Shown: positions 19,072 to 29,331, counted from the stretch's first letter. The stretch is DNA of 64,000 nt from Trueperaceae bacterium (GCA_034520945.1 JAXHNB010000009.1:128001-192000), one strand, 5' to 3'. Program-made: numbers and translations. Notes: generated by a model from the letters alone, not told the origin.

Positions 19072-19950
19072 ATGGCTTCCTCGCGCCGCGGACCCCAAGG
19101 GCTGGCCGCCCTCGCCACCTTGTTGCGCAGCCACAAGACGCTGGTCCTGTCGGGGGCGGGCATCAGCACCGATTCGGGAATCCCCGACTATCGCGGCTCG
19201 ACGCGGCGACCGCGGCAGCCCATGCGGTATCAGACGTTCGTCCGCGACGCGCGCGCCCGCCAGCGCTACTGGGCACGCAGCGTCGTCGGGTGGCCGCTGA
19301 CCGCCCGGGCGCGCCCCAACCCCGCGCACGATGCCCTGGCACGCCTGGAGCGTCGCGCCAACGTACGGGGCGTGCTGACGCAGAACGTCGACGGCCTCCA
19401 CCAGCGGTCCGGCAGCCGCCACGTGCTGGAGCTTCACGGCAGCCTGGCCACCGTCGTGTGCCTGTCCTGCGGCGCAAGGAGCGGTCGTGACCGGCTCCAA
19501 GAACGCCTGCACGCCCTCAACCCCCACTTCGCCGCCCAGGCACCCGGCATCGCACCCGACGGCGACGTCGACATCGCCGAGGCATGGACGCAGCGCTTCG
19601 CGGTGCCCGCCTGCCGGAGGTGCGGCGGGATCCTGAAGCCGGACGTGGTGTTCTTCGGCGAGAACGTGCCCAAGGACCGCGTCGCGCGGGGCTGGGCCAT
19701 GGTCGACGCCGCCGAGGCGCTCCTGGTCGTCGGTTCGTCGTTGACGGTGTTCAGCGGCTACCGCTTCGTGCGGCGCGCCCGCCAGCGCGGCGTGCCCATC
19801 GCGATCGTCAACGACGGCCCCACCCGGGGCGACGATGACGCGACCCTACGATTGCACGCGCGCCTGGGCGAGGTGCTGCCACGCCTGGCCGACGCCCGCG
19901 AGGCCACGAGACACGCCGTGCATATGGCCGCCTGGACGGGTGCCTCGTGA
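19072..19950 (+). CDS. cobB: NAD-dependent protein deacylase, sirtuin (class II / SIRT4-like)
   Basis: SGAGISTDSGIPDYRG, RQRYWARS, TQNVDGLHQ, HGS, two CxxC, LKPDVVFFGE. Confidence 0.92.
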   Translation: MASSRRGPQGLAALATLLRSHKTLVLSGAGISTDSGIPDYRGSTRRPRQPMRYQTFVRDARARQRYWARSVVGWPLTARARPNPAHDALARLERRANVRGVLTQNVDGLHQRSGSRHVLELHGSLATVVCLSCGARSGRDRLQERLHALNPHFAAQAPGIAPDGDVDIAEAWTQRFAVPACRRCGGILKPDVVFFGENVPKDRVARGWAMVDAAEALLVVGSSLTVFSGYRFVRRARQRGVPIAIVNDGPTRGDDDATLRLHARLGEVLPRLADAREATRHAVHMAAWTGAS

Positions 19951-20684
19951 AGGACGCCGCGGCGTCCCAAGCTAGCACGCGCGTGCCGGGCGTGCCCGTC
20001 CGCGCGTTGCTGTTCGACCTGGACGGCACCCTGGTGCACACCGACCCGGTGCACTTCCACGCCTGGCGCGAGATGCTGGCAGCGCACGGCGTACCCATCG
20101 ACGAAGCAGGCTACGCCCGCCGCGTGTCCGGGCGGCACAATCCCGAGATCATTGCCGACCTGCTCCCGCACCTGGGCACCGAGGACGCCCTGGCCTTCGC
20201 CGACGCCAAGGAGGCGCGCTTCCGCGCCCTCGCGACGGGGCTCACCCCCCTGCCCGGAACGAGGGCGTTGCTGCGGGCGGCGCGCGCCGCGGGCCTGCGC
20301 ACGGCCGTGGTCACCAATGCGCCCCGCGTCAATGCCGTGTTCATGCTCGAAGCGTTGGGCCTGGCGGAGGCGTTCGACGCGGTCGGAGCCGCCGAGGACG
20401 CCAGCGCCGCCAAGCCGGATGCGGCCCCCTATCGCGAGATGCTGGCGCGGTTGGAGGTGGCGCCAGACGCGGCCTGGGCGTTCGAGGACTCGCCCAGCGG
20501 CGTCCGTTCGGCACGGGGCGCAGGCGTACGGGTGGTCGGCCTCGCCACGACCCAGAGCGCCGACGAGCTGACCCGTCACGGCGCCGCACTCGTCGTGAAC
20601 GACTTCACGGATACGGGCTTGTGGGAGGGTCCGCTGCGGTTCCTGGCGGCCGGGCGCCGCGGAGCGAACCCCGTAGGGGATTGA
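19947..20684 (+). CDS. HAD-superfamily hydrolase (subfamily IA)
   Basis: FDLDGTL, VTN, KPD, FEDSPSG. Confidence 0.92.
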   Translation: MKDAAASQASTRVPGVPVRALLFDLDGTLVHTDPVHFHAWREMLAAHGVPIDEAGYARRVSGRHNPEIIADLLPHLGTEDALAFADAKEARFRALATGLTPLPGTRALLRAARAAGLRTAVVTNAPRVNAVFMLEALGLAEAFDAVGAAEDASAAKPDAAPYREMLARLEVAPDAAWAFEDSPSGVRSARGAGVRVVGLATTQSADELTRHGAALVVNDFTDTGLWEGPLRFLAAGRRGANPVGD

Positions 20685-20733
20685 GCCGCGGGTCGCGTAC
20701 CGCGTGCCCTACGCGCCTTCCGTCAAACCGGCG

Positions 20734-21462
20734 TCACGGTTCGATCAGGTCGTCCTCGGCGTCCCGGTCCTCCACCGTGAACGCCTCGAGCGCCGGCATG
20801 TGAAGCCGGTACCGCCCTCGCGTACCCGTCAGCAGACCGTGATGCCGCAGCTCGGCGACGGCGGTCGAGACGGACACCCGCGTGGCGCTCACCAGCGAAG
20901 CGATCTCCTCGTGGCGGAGCTCCGTCTCGAGGTCGGTCCAGTCCGGGTCGCCGTCGACGCGCCCGCCGAAGCGGCGGGCTTGGTCCAGCAGGACCTCCGC
21001 CACACGGACCTTGATGGGGGCGTAGCTGCCGGCCAGCTGGTCGCGACAGCGGAACAGGCCGTCCGCCAACGTCTCGGCGAACGCGAGGGTGAAGCCGGGC
21101 GACTGCAGGTTGAGTTGCTTGAACTGCGCGCGCGACATGGGACAGGTGACGACCTTTCCCAACGCCACCGCGTCGGCACGGTAGTACGCTTCGTCGTGGA
21201 GGAACGCTTCGCCGACGATGTCGTCGGGGCCCAGGATGGCCAGGATGCGTTCGCGGCCGTCGGGGGTGAGGCGGACCAGCTTGACGCGGCCCTCGGCGAT
21301 CACGTGAAGCTCCTCGGCAGAGTCGCCTTCGTGGAACAGCGTGTCGTCCTTCGAGAACGTCTTGGCGGGGCACACCTTCAGGAAGGTGCGCCGCTCCTGG
21401 TCGCTGAGCCGGGCGGTGAGGTTGCTCTGCGGAATGAACCACGGGCGTGCGTCCGAAGCCAT
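20734..21462 (-). CDS. Crp/Fnr family transcriptional regulator
   Basis: LFHEGD, GRVKL, GEAF; HTH HEEIASLVSATRVSVS; ATG 6 nt after TACCAT. Confidence 0.9.
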   Translation of the reverse strand: MASDARPWFIPQSNLTARLSDQERRTFLKVCPAKTFSKDDTLFHEGDSAEELHVIAEGRVKLVRLTPDGRERILAILGPDDIVGEAFLHDEAYYRADAVALGKVVTCPMSRAQFKQLNLQSPGFTLAFAETLADGLFRCRDQLAGSYAPIKVRVAEVLLDQARRFGGRVDGDPDWTDLETELRHEEIASLVSATRVSVSTAVAELRHHGLLTGTRGRYRLHMPALEAFTVEDRDAEDDLIEP

Positions 21463-21562
21463 GCCCCCATGGTACGCGCTGGCGAAGCGCCCGGGCGTGC
21501 GGACGATTGCGACACCGGCACGCCGGGACGCGCCGGTGTCCGCAGGTGGGCGGTGCGTGCGC

Positions 21563-21616
21563 TTGACACGGGGGCCCGCCCCGAATACCATTCCCTCATG
21601 TTTAGCCGCGCCACAA
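21563..21616 (+). promoter_or_regulatory. Near-consensus promoter (leaderless) with candidate MntR box
   Basis: TTGACA-17nt-TACCAT-6nt-ATG; TTTAGCCGCGCCACAA (21601-21616) resembles the box at mntR. Confidence 0.65.
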
Positions 21617-22635
21617 AATTCTCCGAGGGAGTCCGCAACCGCGCGGCGCGTCGCGCCCCGGCCGGGATCCTGGCCGCAGCGATCGCCGCCGTGGCCCTCC
21701 TGCCAGGGGCCGCGTCCGCCCAGAAGGCTCCGGTTCGGGTCCTGGCCACCGTCGGCATGATCGCCGATGTCGCCGAGAACGTCGGCGGCGCGTGCGTGGA
21801 GGTCACGCAGCTGATGGGCCCGGGCGTGGACCCGCACCTCTACCAGGCCAGCGCCCGGGACGTGCGGGCGTTCCGTGACGCCGAACTGATCCTGTACGCC
21901 GGCTACTCCCTGGAAGGACAGCTCGGCGCCGTGCTGGAGCGGTTCTCGGACCAGAAGCCGACGCTGGCGGTCGCGCCCGCCTCGATCACCCCCGACGAGC
22001 TGATCACCACGCAGGACGTCTACGGCATCGACCCGCACCTGTGGATGGACGCGTCGCTATGGTCGCGCATCGCGCCGAGCATCGCCGGCGCCGTGGCCGA
22101 GCTGGCCCCCGACTGCGCCGACGCCATGCACGCGAACGCCGACGCCTACGTAGCGCGGCTGCAGGCGCTCCACGACTGGGCGGGCGACGCGCTGGCCACG
22201 ATCCCCGAGGGGCAACGCCTGATGGTCACCGCCCACGACGCCTTCGCGTACTTCGGCCGCGCCTACGCCCTCGAGGTGGCGGGCATTCAAGGCATCAGCA
22301 CCGAATCGGAGGCCGGGGTGGCCGACATCCGCGAGATGGCCCGTCTGGTGGCCGAACGCGACGTCCCCGCCATCTTCATCGAGACCACCATCAACCCGCG
22401 CACCATCCAGGCGGTCATCGACGCCGCCCGGGACCGCGGCCACCAGATCCAGATCGGCGCCGAGTTGTACTCCGACGCCATGGGCGAGCCCGGCACCGCC
22501 GCCGGCACCTACATCGGGATGATCTACGAGAACACTGTGAACGTCACCCGCGAGCTGGGGGGCGACCCGCCGCCGCTTCCGCCCGAGCTGCAGGCGTGGG
22601 CCGAGCGCTGGAACGTCGCCTCCGAGGGCGAATGA
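21598..22635 (+). CDS. troA: Mn/Zn/Fe ABC transporter substrate-binding protein (TroA/MntA family)
   Basis: [34 protein letters not shown]. Confidence 0.92.
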   Translation: MFSRATKFSEGVRNRAARRAPAGILAAAIAAVALLPGAASAQKAPVRVLATVGMIADVAENVGGACVEVTQLMGPGVDPHLYQASARDVRAFRDAELILYAGYSLEGQLGAVLERFSDQKPTLAVAPASITPDELITTQDVYGIDPHLWMDASLWSRIAPSIAGAVAELAPDCADAMHANADAYVARLQALHDWAGDALATIPEGQRLMVTAHDAFAYFGRAYALEVAGIQGISTESEAGVADIREMARLVAERDVPAIFIETTINPRTIQAVIDAARDRGHQIQIGAELYSDAMGEPGTAAGTYIGMIYENTVNVTRELGGDPPPLPPELQAWAERWNVASEGE

Positions 22636-23432
22636 GCGAGAATCTTCACGAACCCCGCCTGGCGGTGCACGTCGAGGATCTCACCGTCAGCTACCACCAC
22701 ACGCCGGTGCTGTGGGACATCGACCTCGACGTCCCCCCCGGCGTGCTGGCCGCGATCGTCGGACCCAACGGCGCCGGCAAGAGCACCCTGATCAAGACCA
22801 TCCTGGGCCTCGTCCGCCCGACCGCGGGGCACGTCTACATTCACGGCAAGTCGTACCGCGAGCAGCGCACCCGCGTCGGCTATGTCCCCCAACGCTCCTC
22901 GGTCGACTGGGACTTCCCCACCACCGCCCTCGACGTGGTCACCATGGGCCTCTACGGCCGCCTGGGGTGGTTCCGCCGCCCCGGCCGCACCGACATCGCG
23001 CGGGCCCGCCACGCCCTGGCACAGGTGGGGATCGAGGACTACGCCGACCGTCAGATCAGCCAGCTGTCGGGCGGACAGCAGCAGCGCGTCTTCCTGGCCC
23101 GCGCCCTGGTGCAGGAGGCGGACGTGTACTTCCTCGACGAGCCGATGGCCGGCGTCGACGCCACCACCGAACGCGCCATCGTCGACATCCTGGGCGACCT
23201 GCGCGATGAGGGGAAGACGGTCATCGTCGTCCACCACGACTTGCAGACCGTGACCAGCTACTTCGATTGGCTGTTGTTGCTCAACGTGCGCACCATCGCG
23301 CAGGGGCCCGTCCGGGAGGTGTACACCGCCGACAACCTGCGGGCCGCCTACGGCGGCCAGATCGCGCTTCTCCAGAACGGCGCCCCGGCGGAGGCCCCGC
23401 CGGCCGCGCCCACCACGCCGGGGCGGGATTGA
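22632..23432 (+). CDS. troB: Metal ABC transporter ATP-binding protein
   Basis: [33 protein letters not shown]. Confidence 0.93.
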   Translation: MSENLHEPRLAVHVEDLTVSYHHTPVLWDIDLDVPPGVLAAIVGPNGAGKSTLIKTILGLVRPTAGHVYIHGKSYREQRTRVGYVPQRSSVDWDFPTTALDVVTMGLYGRLGWFRRPGRTDIARARHALAQVGIEDYADRQISQLSGGQQQRVFLARALVQEADVYFLDEPMAGVDATTERAIVDILGDLRDEGKTVIVVHHDLQTVTSYFDWLLLLNVRTIAQGPVREVYTADNLRAAYGGQIALLQNGAPAEAPPAAPTTPGRD

Positions 23433-24586
23433 TGGACGGGCTCTTCGCGCTGCTGGGCGACTACACCGTCCAGAACGTCGTCATCGGCGCCGCCCTGCTG
23501 GGCGTCAGCAGCGGCGTGCTGGGCACGTACGCCGTCCTGCGCGAGCAGAGCCTGCTGGGCGACACCCTGTCGCACGCCGCCCTCCCCGGCGTCTGCCTCG
23601 GGTTCATCGTGGCCGGCGGGCGCCACCTGGGCAGCATCCTCGCCGGCGCGCTGGTGACCGGCGCCGCGGCAGCGCTGCTGATGCTGCTGCTGACGCGGCG
23701 CAGCCGGCTCAAGACCGACGCGGCGCTGGGGATCTCGCTGAGCGTGTTCTTCGCGCTGGGCGTGGTCCTGCTGACCTACATCCAGGGCACGCGCGACGCG
23801 TCGCAGGGCGGCCTCGACGCCTTCTTGTTCGGTCAGGCCGCCGCCACCCTGCGCAGCGACCTGTGGGTGATGGGCACGCTGACGCTCCTCGCGCTGGCGC
23901 TGGTCGCGGCGCTGTGGAAGGAGTTCGAGCTGGTCACCTTCGACCCCGTGTTCGCCGGCTCGCTGGGGCTCCCCGTCCGGGCCCTAGAGACCGTGCTGAC
24001 GCTGATGATCGCGCTGGCCATCGTCATCGGGCTACAGATGGTGGGCGTGGTGCTGATGGCGTCGATGGTGATCGCGCCGGCCGTGGCGGCCCGGCAGTGG
24101 AGCCGGCGCCTGGGGCAGATGGTGGTCCTGGCGGCCGTCTTCGGGGCCGCGGGCGGCGTGGCGGGCGCCCTGGCCAGCGCCAGCGGGCGCAACCTGGCGA
24201 CGGGTCCGTTGGTGGTGCTGGCCATCTCGGTCCTGGTGGCGGTGTCGCTGCTGGTGGCCCCACGACGGGGCCTGCTCTGGGAGGCGGTTCGGCGGCGGCG
24301 GAACCGCCTGCAGCTGCGCGGCCAGCGGGTCCTCGCCACCCTCTACCGCCTGTCCGGACACCACGACGACCCGCGCTACCCCGTCGAGCAGGGGATGGTG
24401 AACGCCTACTTCGGGCTGGCCACCGACGGCATCCTGGCCCGCCTGGAGGCCCACGGCCTGGTCCGCCGCGTGCCGCACCTGCCCGAAGAGGGGATTCACT
24501 GGGAACTGACCGAAGCCGGCCGGCGCGAGGCCGAACGCATGCAGGACGGCCTTGGACGCGAGGACGACGGGCGGCCGGCACATTGA
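23432..24586 (+). CDS. troC: Metal ABC transporter permease with C-terminal wHTH-like extension
   Basis: GDTLSHAALPG, FLFGQAA, KEFELVTFDP; tail LARLEAHGLV...WELTEAGRREA. Confidence 0.9.
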   Translation: MDGLFALLGDYTVQNVVIGAALLGVSSGVLGTYAVLREQSLLGDTLSHAALPGVCLGFIVAGGRHLGSILAGALVTGAAAALLMLLLTRRSRLKTDAALGISLSVFFALGVVLLTYIQGTRDASQGGLDAFLFGQAAATLRSDLWVMGTLTLLALALVAALWKEFELVTFDPVFAGSLGLPVRALETVLTLMIALAIVIGLQMVGVVLMASMVIAPAVAARQWSRRLGQMVVLAAVFGAAGGVAGALASASGRNLATGPLVVLAISVLVAVSLLVAPRRGLLWEAVRRRRNRLQLRGQRVLATLYRLSGHHDDPRYPVEQGMVNAYFGLATDGILARLEAHGLVRRVPHLPEEGIHWELTEAGRREAERMQDGLGREDDGRPAH

Positions 24587-24597
24587 TCGCCGCCGCG

Positions 24598-25740
24598 ATG
24601 AACAGCGTCCCGTTCACCATCATCGCGACCGGCGCACTGGTGGGCATCGCCGCGTCGCTGCTGGGCACCTTCCTGGTGCTGCGCAAGAACGCCATGCTCA
24701 CCGACGCGATCAGCCACTCGATCGTGTTCGGCATCGTGATCGTTTGGCTCCTCACCCGACAACAGAGCGGACCCGTGCAACTCGTCGGCGCCGCCCTGTC
24801 GGGGGTGCTCACCGTGTTCCTGACCGAACTGTTGACCCGCACGCGCCGGGTCAAGAGCGACGCCGCCATCGGGCTGGTGTTCCCGGTGCTGTTCTCGGTC
24901 GGGGTGCTGCTCCTCAACCTGTACGCCCGCGACGTGCACATCGACACGCACACCGTGCTGCTGGGCGAGATCGGCTTCGTGTGGCTGAACACCACGCCGA
25001 TCGGCGGCGTCGAGGTGCCCGTGGCGCTGGCATGGATGAGCGTGGTCACCGTCGTGAACTTGGCGTTCGTGACGGGGTTCTACAAGGAGCTCAAGATCTC
25101 GACCTTCGATCCCGCCCTCGCCACTTCGCTCGGGTTCCTGCCCGGGGCGCTGTTCTACGCCCTGCTGACGCTGACCAGCGTCACCGCCGTGGCGGCGTTC
25201 GACGCCGTCGGTGCGGTGCTGTTCATCGCGTTCGCCATCGTGCCGCCCGCGACGGGCTACCTGCTGACCGACCGCCTATGGCGCATGATCGCCTATGGCG
25301 CGCTGGCATCGATCCTCGCCAGCGTGATCGGCTACCTGCTGGCGAACGCCTGGAACGTGTCGATCGGCGGCATGATGGCGGTCGTGGCCGGTGCGTTGCT
25401 GATGCTGGCCTTCCTGTTCGGGCCGCGCTACGGCCTCATCGCGCAGGAGGTCGCGCGCCGCACGCAGCGCCTCGCCAACCAGACCCGCGCGCTGAGTGTC
25501 CACCTCTACAACCATGAACACGAAGGACCGAGCGAAGAAAACGTGGTCGGCGCCCTGCAGCGTCACCTGCGCTGGACGCCGGAAGGGGCGCAGCGCGTGC
25601 TGCTCCGCGCTCTCGACCGGGGCATGGTCGAGCGGGACGGCCAGCAGCTCCGCCTCACGCCCAAGGGCCGCATCGCCGCGCGCGAGGTGCTGGAACCGTG
25701 GGGGGCGAGGTCCGCCTCCGGGAGCGGGGAGGACGCGTGA
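24598..25740 (+). CDS. troD: Metal ABC transporter permease with C-terminal wHTH-like extension
   Basis: DAISHSIVFG, VHIDTHTVLLGEI, KELKISTFDP; tail HLYNHEHE...LRLTPKGR. Confidence 0.9.
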   Translation: MNSVPFTIIATGALVGIAASLLGTFLVLRKNAMLTDAISHSIVFGIVIVWLLTRQQSGPVQLVGAALSGVLTVFLTELLTRTRRVKSDAAIGLVFPVLFSVGVLLLNLYARDVHIDTHTVLLGEIGFVWLNTTPIGGVEVPVALAWMSVVTVVNLAFVTGFYKELKISTFDPALATSLGFLPGALFYALLTLTSVTAVAAFDAVGAVLFIAFAIVPPATGYLLTDRLWRMIAYGALASILASVIGYLLANAWNVSIGGMMAVVAGALLMLAFLFGPRYGLIAQEVARRTQRLANQTRALSVHLYNHEHEGPSEENVVGALQRHLRWTPEGAQRVLLRALDRGMVERDGQQLRLTPKGRIAAREVLEPWGARSASGSGEDA

Positions 25741-25764
25741 AGCGGGTCGTTTCGCTGCGCCCCG

Positions 25765-26409
25765 CTAGAGCGCCGACCCCAGCCCGTTCAGCACCATCTG
25801 CACCGCGATCATGATCAGGAGCATCCCCATCAGACGGGCGATGGCCTGCAGGCCCCGTTCCCGCAACAGGCGGTACAGCGCGGGGGAGGCCAGCAGCACG
25901 CCCGCCGTGATCCCCCAGGCCAGACCGATGGCCGCCACCCACCGCCCCATCTCGTCGGGCGCGTTGCGGGACATCAGGATCACCGTCGCCATGGCGGACG
26001 GGCCCGCGATCAATGGGATGGCCAAGGGGACCAGGAACGGCTCGCCTTCGGGCTGGTGACCCATGATGCCCTCCGGGCGCGGAAAGATCAGCCGCAGCCC
26101 GATGATGCCGAGCACGATGCCGCCCGCAATGGTGACCGACTCGCGTTGCAGGCCCAGGAAGTCGAGGATCGCCTGGCCGGTGAACAGGAACGCCAGCAGC
26201 ACGCCCAGCGCGATCAGCAGCTCCCGCGCGATGACGCGCCTGCGCCGGGCCGGATCGACCTGCTCCAACAGCTTCAGCACCAACGGCACGTTGCCGAACG
26301 GGTCCATCACGAACAGCAGCACCGTCGCCGCGGACCAGACGTTGCCTCCGAACTCCATGCCCTCGCCTCCCGCTCCATGGCGGCCGACCGCCTGCCCCGC
26401 CGCCGACAT
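25765..26409 (-). CDS. MarC family (YhgN-like) membrane protein
   Basis: LFVMDPFGNVP, VPLAIPLIAGP, RLMGMLL. Confidence 0.93.
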   Translation of the reverse strand: MSAAGQAVGRHGAGGEGMEFGGNVWSAATVLLFVMDPFGNVPLVLKLLEQVDPARRRRVIARELLIALGVLLAFLFTGQAILDFLGLQRESVTIAGGIVLGIIGLRLIFPRPEGIMGHQPEGEPFLVPLAIPLIAGPSAMATVILMSRNAPDEMGRWVAAIGLAWGITAGVLLASPALYRLLRERGLQAIARLMGMLLIMIAVQMVLNGLGSAL

Positions 26410-26522
26410 GCCACGCAGCCTACCCCCGGGGCGACGTCGGGGACGAGGTACCGAGGCAGGAGGGAGGGCTGCGTCGCCGCGACCCGTGCGCCGGGCGGCC
26501 GCGAGGCCGTAGCATGGCAGGG

Positions 26523-27290
26523 ATGGCGTTCTCGACCGAGGAAACCCTGGCCCTGCGTGCGTTGCGCGACGGCGTACTCCGCCTCGAGGAAGGGGCGTGG
26601 TGGATCGTGGCGTCCGACCACGCCCGCGAGGTTTCGGCGCGGTTGGTGCAGGGCCTGCGGGGCGAGGGGTTGCTGGAGCCGACCGCCGCGCACCGCCGCG
26701 CCGAGGCGGAACTGCGGCTGACCGATCGCGGGCGGCGCGTGGCGGAGCAGGCCGCCGCCGGTCTCGCCGCGCGCGGCGCGGCCGACGAGCGCGGCGCCCG
26801 CACGTTGTTGGCCGGTGGACCGTTGGCGCTGCTGCGTCCCGCCGCGGACTCCGAAGAGGTCGACTACCTACTGGCGATCCGCCTGGGCGTCGCCGAGATC
26901 GGACAGCACCGCCAGCGCCTGGAACGGGCGCACGACGCCTACCGCAACGAGCCCGCCTCGTTCGGCTTCGTGCAGTACCGCACCGAGGTGGCGGCGGTCC
27001 TGATCGGCCCCGCCGCCAAGCGGCGCGGCCTGCTCCCGACAGAGGGTACGCCGTACCTGGTGGCCCGCGGCGGGCTGGGGCGCGACGACACCGACGCGTT
27101 GGGCGCCCGCGGCTGTCCCGACCGGGGCGTGAACTACGGTCCGGACGCGGTGCAGTGGTTCGGCGGGTTCGGCGAGGCCGACCCGTTGATCACCACGCCC
27201 CGCCTGGCGCGCGGCACGTTCGAGGCGATGCTCCGGGAGGCGGAGGCGCTCGCGAGCGTCCGCGGCGGGCGCGAGGAGGAGGCCTCATGA
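26523..27290 (+). CDS. Hypothetical protein, possible N-terminal winged helix
   Basis: ATG 7 nt after TAGCAT; stop overlaps the racemase start (ATGA); LRGEGLL...LRLTDRGRR pattern. Confidence 0.6.
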   Translation: MAFSTEETLALRALRDGVLRLEEGAWWIVASDHAREVSARLVQGLRGEGLLEPTAAHRRAEAELRLTDRGRRVAEQAAAGLAARGAADERGARTLLAGGPLALLRPAADSEEVDYLLAIRLGVAEIGQHRQRLERAHDAYRNEPASFGFVQYRTEVAAVLIGPAAKRRGLLPTEGTPYLVARGGLGRDDTDALGARGCPDRGVNYGPDAVQWFGGFGEADPLITTPRLARGTFEAMLREAEALASVRGGREEEAS

Positions 27291-28060
27291 AGACCCTCGG
27301 CCTGTTGGGCGGCATGAGTTGGGAGAGCACCGCCCTGTACTACCGGCGCATCAACGAGGCGGTCCGGGCACGACTCGGGGGGCTGCACTCGGCCCGCATC
27401 GTGATGGTGAGCGTGGACTTCGCGCCGATCGAAGCCCTTCAGGCGGCCGGCGATTGGGACGAGGCCGGGCGGGTCCTTGCCGGGGAGGCCCGGCGCCTCG
27501 AAGCGGCCGGCGCCGAGGCGACCTTGTTGTGCACCAACACCATGCACCGGGTCGCCGGCGCGATCGAGACCGCTACGCAGGTACCCCTGCTGCACATCGC
27601 CGACGCCACCGCCGCCCGCATCCGCGCGGCCGGCGCCCGCCGCGTGGGATTGCTCGGGACCCGCTTCACCATGGAGCAGGACTTCTACCGGGGACGCCTG
27701 CAAGACCGGCACGACCTCGAAGTCCTCGTCCCCGACGCGCACGACCGTGCCCTGCTGCACGACATCATCTTCGGCGAGCTCTGCCTGGGCCAGGTGCGCG
27801 ACGCCTCCCGGCGCGAGGTGGCGCGCATGGTGGACGACCTGGCGGCGCGCGGCGCGGAGGGGGTGATCGAGGGGTGCACCGAGATCACCATGCTGGAGCT
27901 GGGCCAGCTCAGCGACGTACCCCGCTTCGACACCACCGCCCTGCACGCCGAGGCAGCGGTGGCGTGGGCGCTGGACGGGTCGCTGGAGGGTCCGGTGGGC
28001 GGTGCGGTCGACAGCGCGGCGGGCGGCGCGGAGGACGCGGGCTCGGCGCCGGCGAGGTAG
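27287..28060 (+). CDS. Aspartate/glutamate racemase family protein (YgeA/RacX-like)
   Basis: GLLGGMSWEST, CTNTMH, GLLGTRFTM, GCTEI. Confidence 0.93.
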   Translation: MKTLGLLGGMSWESTALYYRRINEAVRARLGGLHSARIVMVSVDFAPIEALQAAGDWDEAGRVLAGEARRLEAAGAEATLLCTNTMHRVAGAIETATQVPLLHIADATAARIRAAGARRVGLLGTRFTMEQDFYRGRLQDRHDLEVLVPDAHDRALLHDIIFGELCLGQVRDASRREVARMVDDLAARGAEGVIEGCTEITMLELGQLSDVPRFDTTALHAEAAVAWALDGSLEGPVGGAVDSAAGGAEDAGSAPAR

Positions 28061-28069
28061 GCCCCCGCG

Positions 28070-28867
28070 ATGGCGTCCCACGACGAGCCACCGCACGACC
28101 CCTCCGCCCACCTCCGGGAAAACCGGCGCCACTGGGACGCCCAGGCGCCGAACTGGGTCGCCGGCGGCGAACGCGGCTGGGCGCAGGCGAGCCCGACGTG
28201 GGGCATCTGGAACGTCCCGGACGAGGAGCTGACCATGCTTCCGGCCGACATGACCGGGCTCCGGGCGGTCGAGTTGGGGTGCGGCACCGCCTACGTCTCG
28301 GCCTGGATGGCCCGGCGCGGTGCCGAGGTGACGGGCATCGACGCCTCGGAACGGCAACTGGCCACCGCCCGGCGTCTTGCGCGCCAATACGAGCTCTCGC
28401 TGACCTTGGTGCACGGCGACGCCGAGGCCACGCCGTTCACGGATCAGGCGTTCGACTTCGCCATCAGCGAGTACGGCGCGGCCATCTGGTGTGACCCGTA
28501 CGTGTGGATCCCCGAGGCGTGGCGGATCCTCTCGCCCGGCGGTCGGCTGGTGTTCCTTGGGCACCACCCCCTGGCGACGGTGTGCAGCCCCTGGAACGGC
28601 GACGTGGTGGAGCCACGCCTGATCCGCCCCTACTTCGGCCTGCACCGCACCGACTGGACGGGCGCCGAAATCGATCCGGGCGGCATCGAGTTCACACTGC
28701 CGCTGTCCGACTGGATGGCGTTGTTCCGTCGCACCGGGTTCACAGTGGAGGATCTCCGCGAACCGCGCCCTGCGGCCGCGGGCCCGGAGACGCAGTTCTT
28801 CGTGACGGCCGACTGGGCGCGCGACTGGCCCAGCGAGCTGGCGTGGACGCTGCGGAAGCCCGCCTGA
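28070..28867 (+). CDS. Class I SAM-dependent methyltransferase
   Basis: VELGCGTA, GIDAS, HGDAE, FDFAISEYGA. Confidence 0.9.
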   Translation: MASHDEPPHDPSAHLRENRRHWDAQAPNWVAGGERGWAQASPTWGIWNVPDEELTMLPADMTGLRAVELGCGTAYVSAWMARRGAEVTGIDASERQLATARRLARQYELSLTLVHGDAEATPFTDQAFDFAISEYGAAIWCDPYVWIPEAWRILSPGGRLVFLGHHPLATVCSPWNGDVVEPRLIRPYFGLHRTDWTGAEIDPGGIEFTLPLSDWMALFRRTGFTVEDLREPRPAAAGPETQFFVTADWARDWPSELAWTLRKPA

Positions 28868-28980
28868 GCAAGCGCGACGGCCTACGCGTCGCATCGCGTT
28901 CTGTCGATGAATGTGCATGGCCGGGTCGCCTCCGCCCGTCGGGGACGGACGTCCCTGGGCAGGACCCTGGCCCGGCGGCG

Positions 28981-29001
28981 TAAAGTTCAATCATGATTGA
29001 A
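28981..29001 (+). promoter_or_regulatory. -10 element plus perfect palindromic ArsR-type operator over the start codon
   Basis: TAAAGT-6nt-ATG; 16-bp perfect palindrome TTCAATCATGATTGAA (28986-29001). Confidence 0.75.
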
Positions 29002-29331
29002 TCAACGCTCGCTGAACCATCCGCCCGCGCGGTGCAACGCTTCAAGGCGCTCGGCGACCCCACGCGGCTCCACATCCTGCACGTGCTCGCGGCCGGGACC
29101 CGCTGCGCCTGCGAAGTCCAAGGGCAGGTGGACGTCGCCGCGAACCTGTTGTCGCATCACCTCAAGGTGCTGCGCGAAGCGGGGTTGATCCGGGGCGCGC
29201 GGCGCGGCCGCTGGATCGACTACGAACTCGATCCAGACGGTCTCGCCGCCGTGTGCGCGGCGCTGCCGAAGCCCGCCGCGGGGCGCATCGAGGCGTCGTG
29301 CGCCTGCGACCGTCGGGAGGTGGACGCATGA
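28993..29331 (+). CDS. arsR: ArsR/SmtB family repressor
   Basis: FKALGDPTRLHIL, RCACEV metal site, LSHHLKVLREAGLI, C-terminal CAC. Confidence 0.9.
   Translation: MIESTLAEPSARAVQRFKALGDPTRLHILHVLAAGTRCACEVQGQVDVAANLLSHHLKVLREAGLIRGARRGRWIDYELDPDGLAAVCAALPKPAAGRIEASCACDRREVDA

Noticed and set aside
19072..19950. Sirtuin as an anti-phage SIR2 effector
   Set aside because: It is a canonical Zn-ribbon deacylase with no defence partner genes
28070..28867. Methyltransferase next to arsR as ArsM
   Set aside because: It lacks the ArsM-type Cys arrangement and the GCG-N-P region, it is coupled to the racemase operon, and arsR has its own promoter
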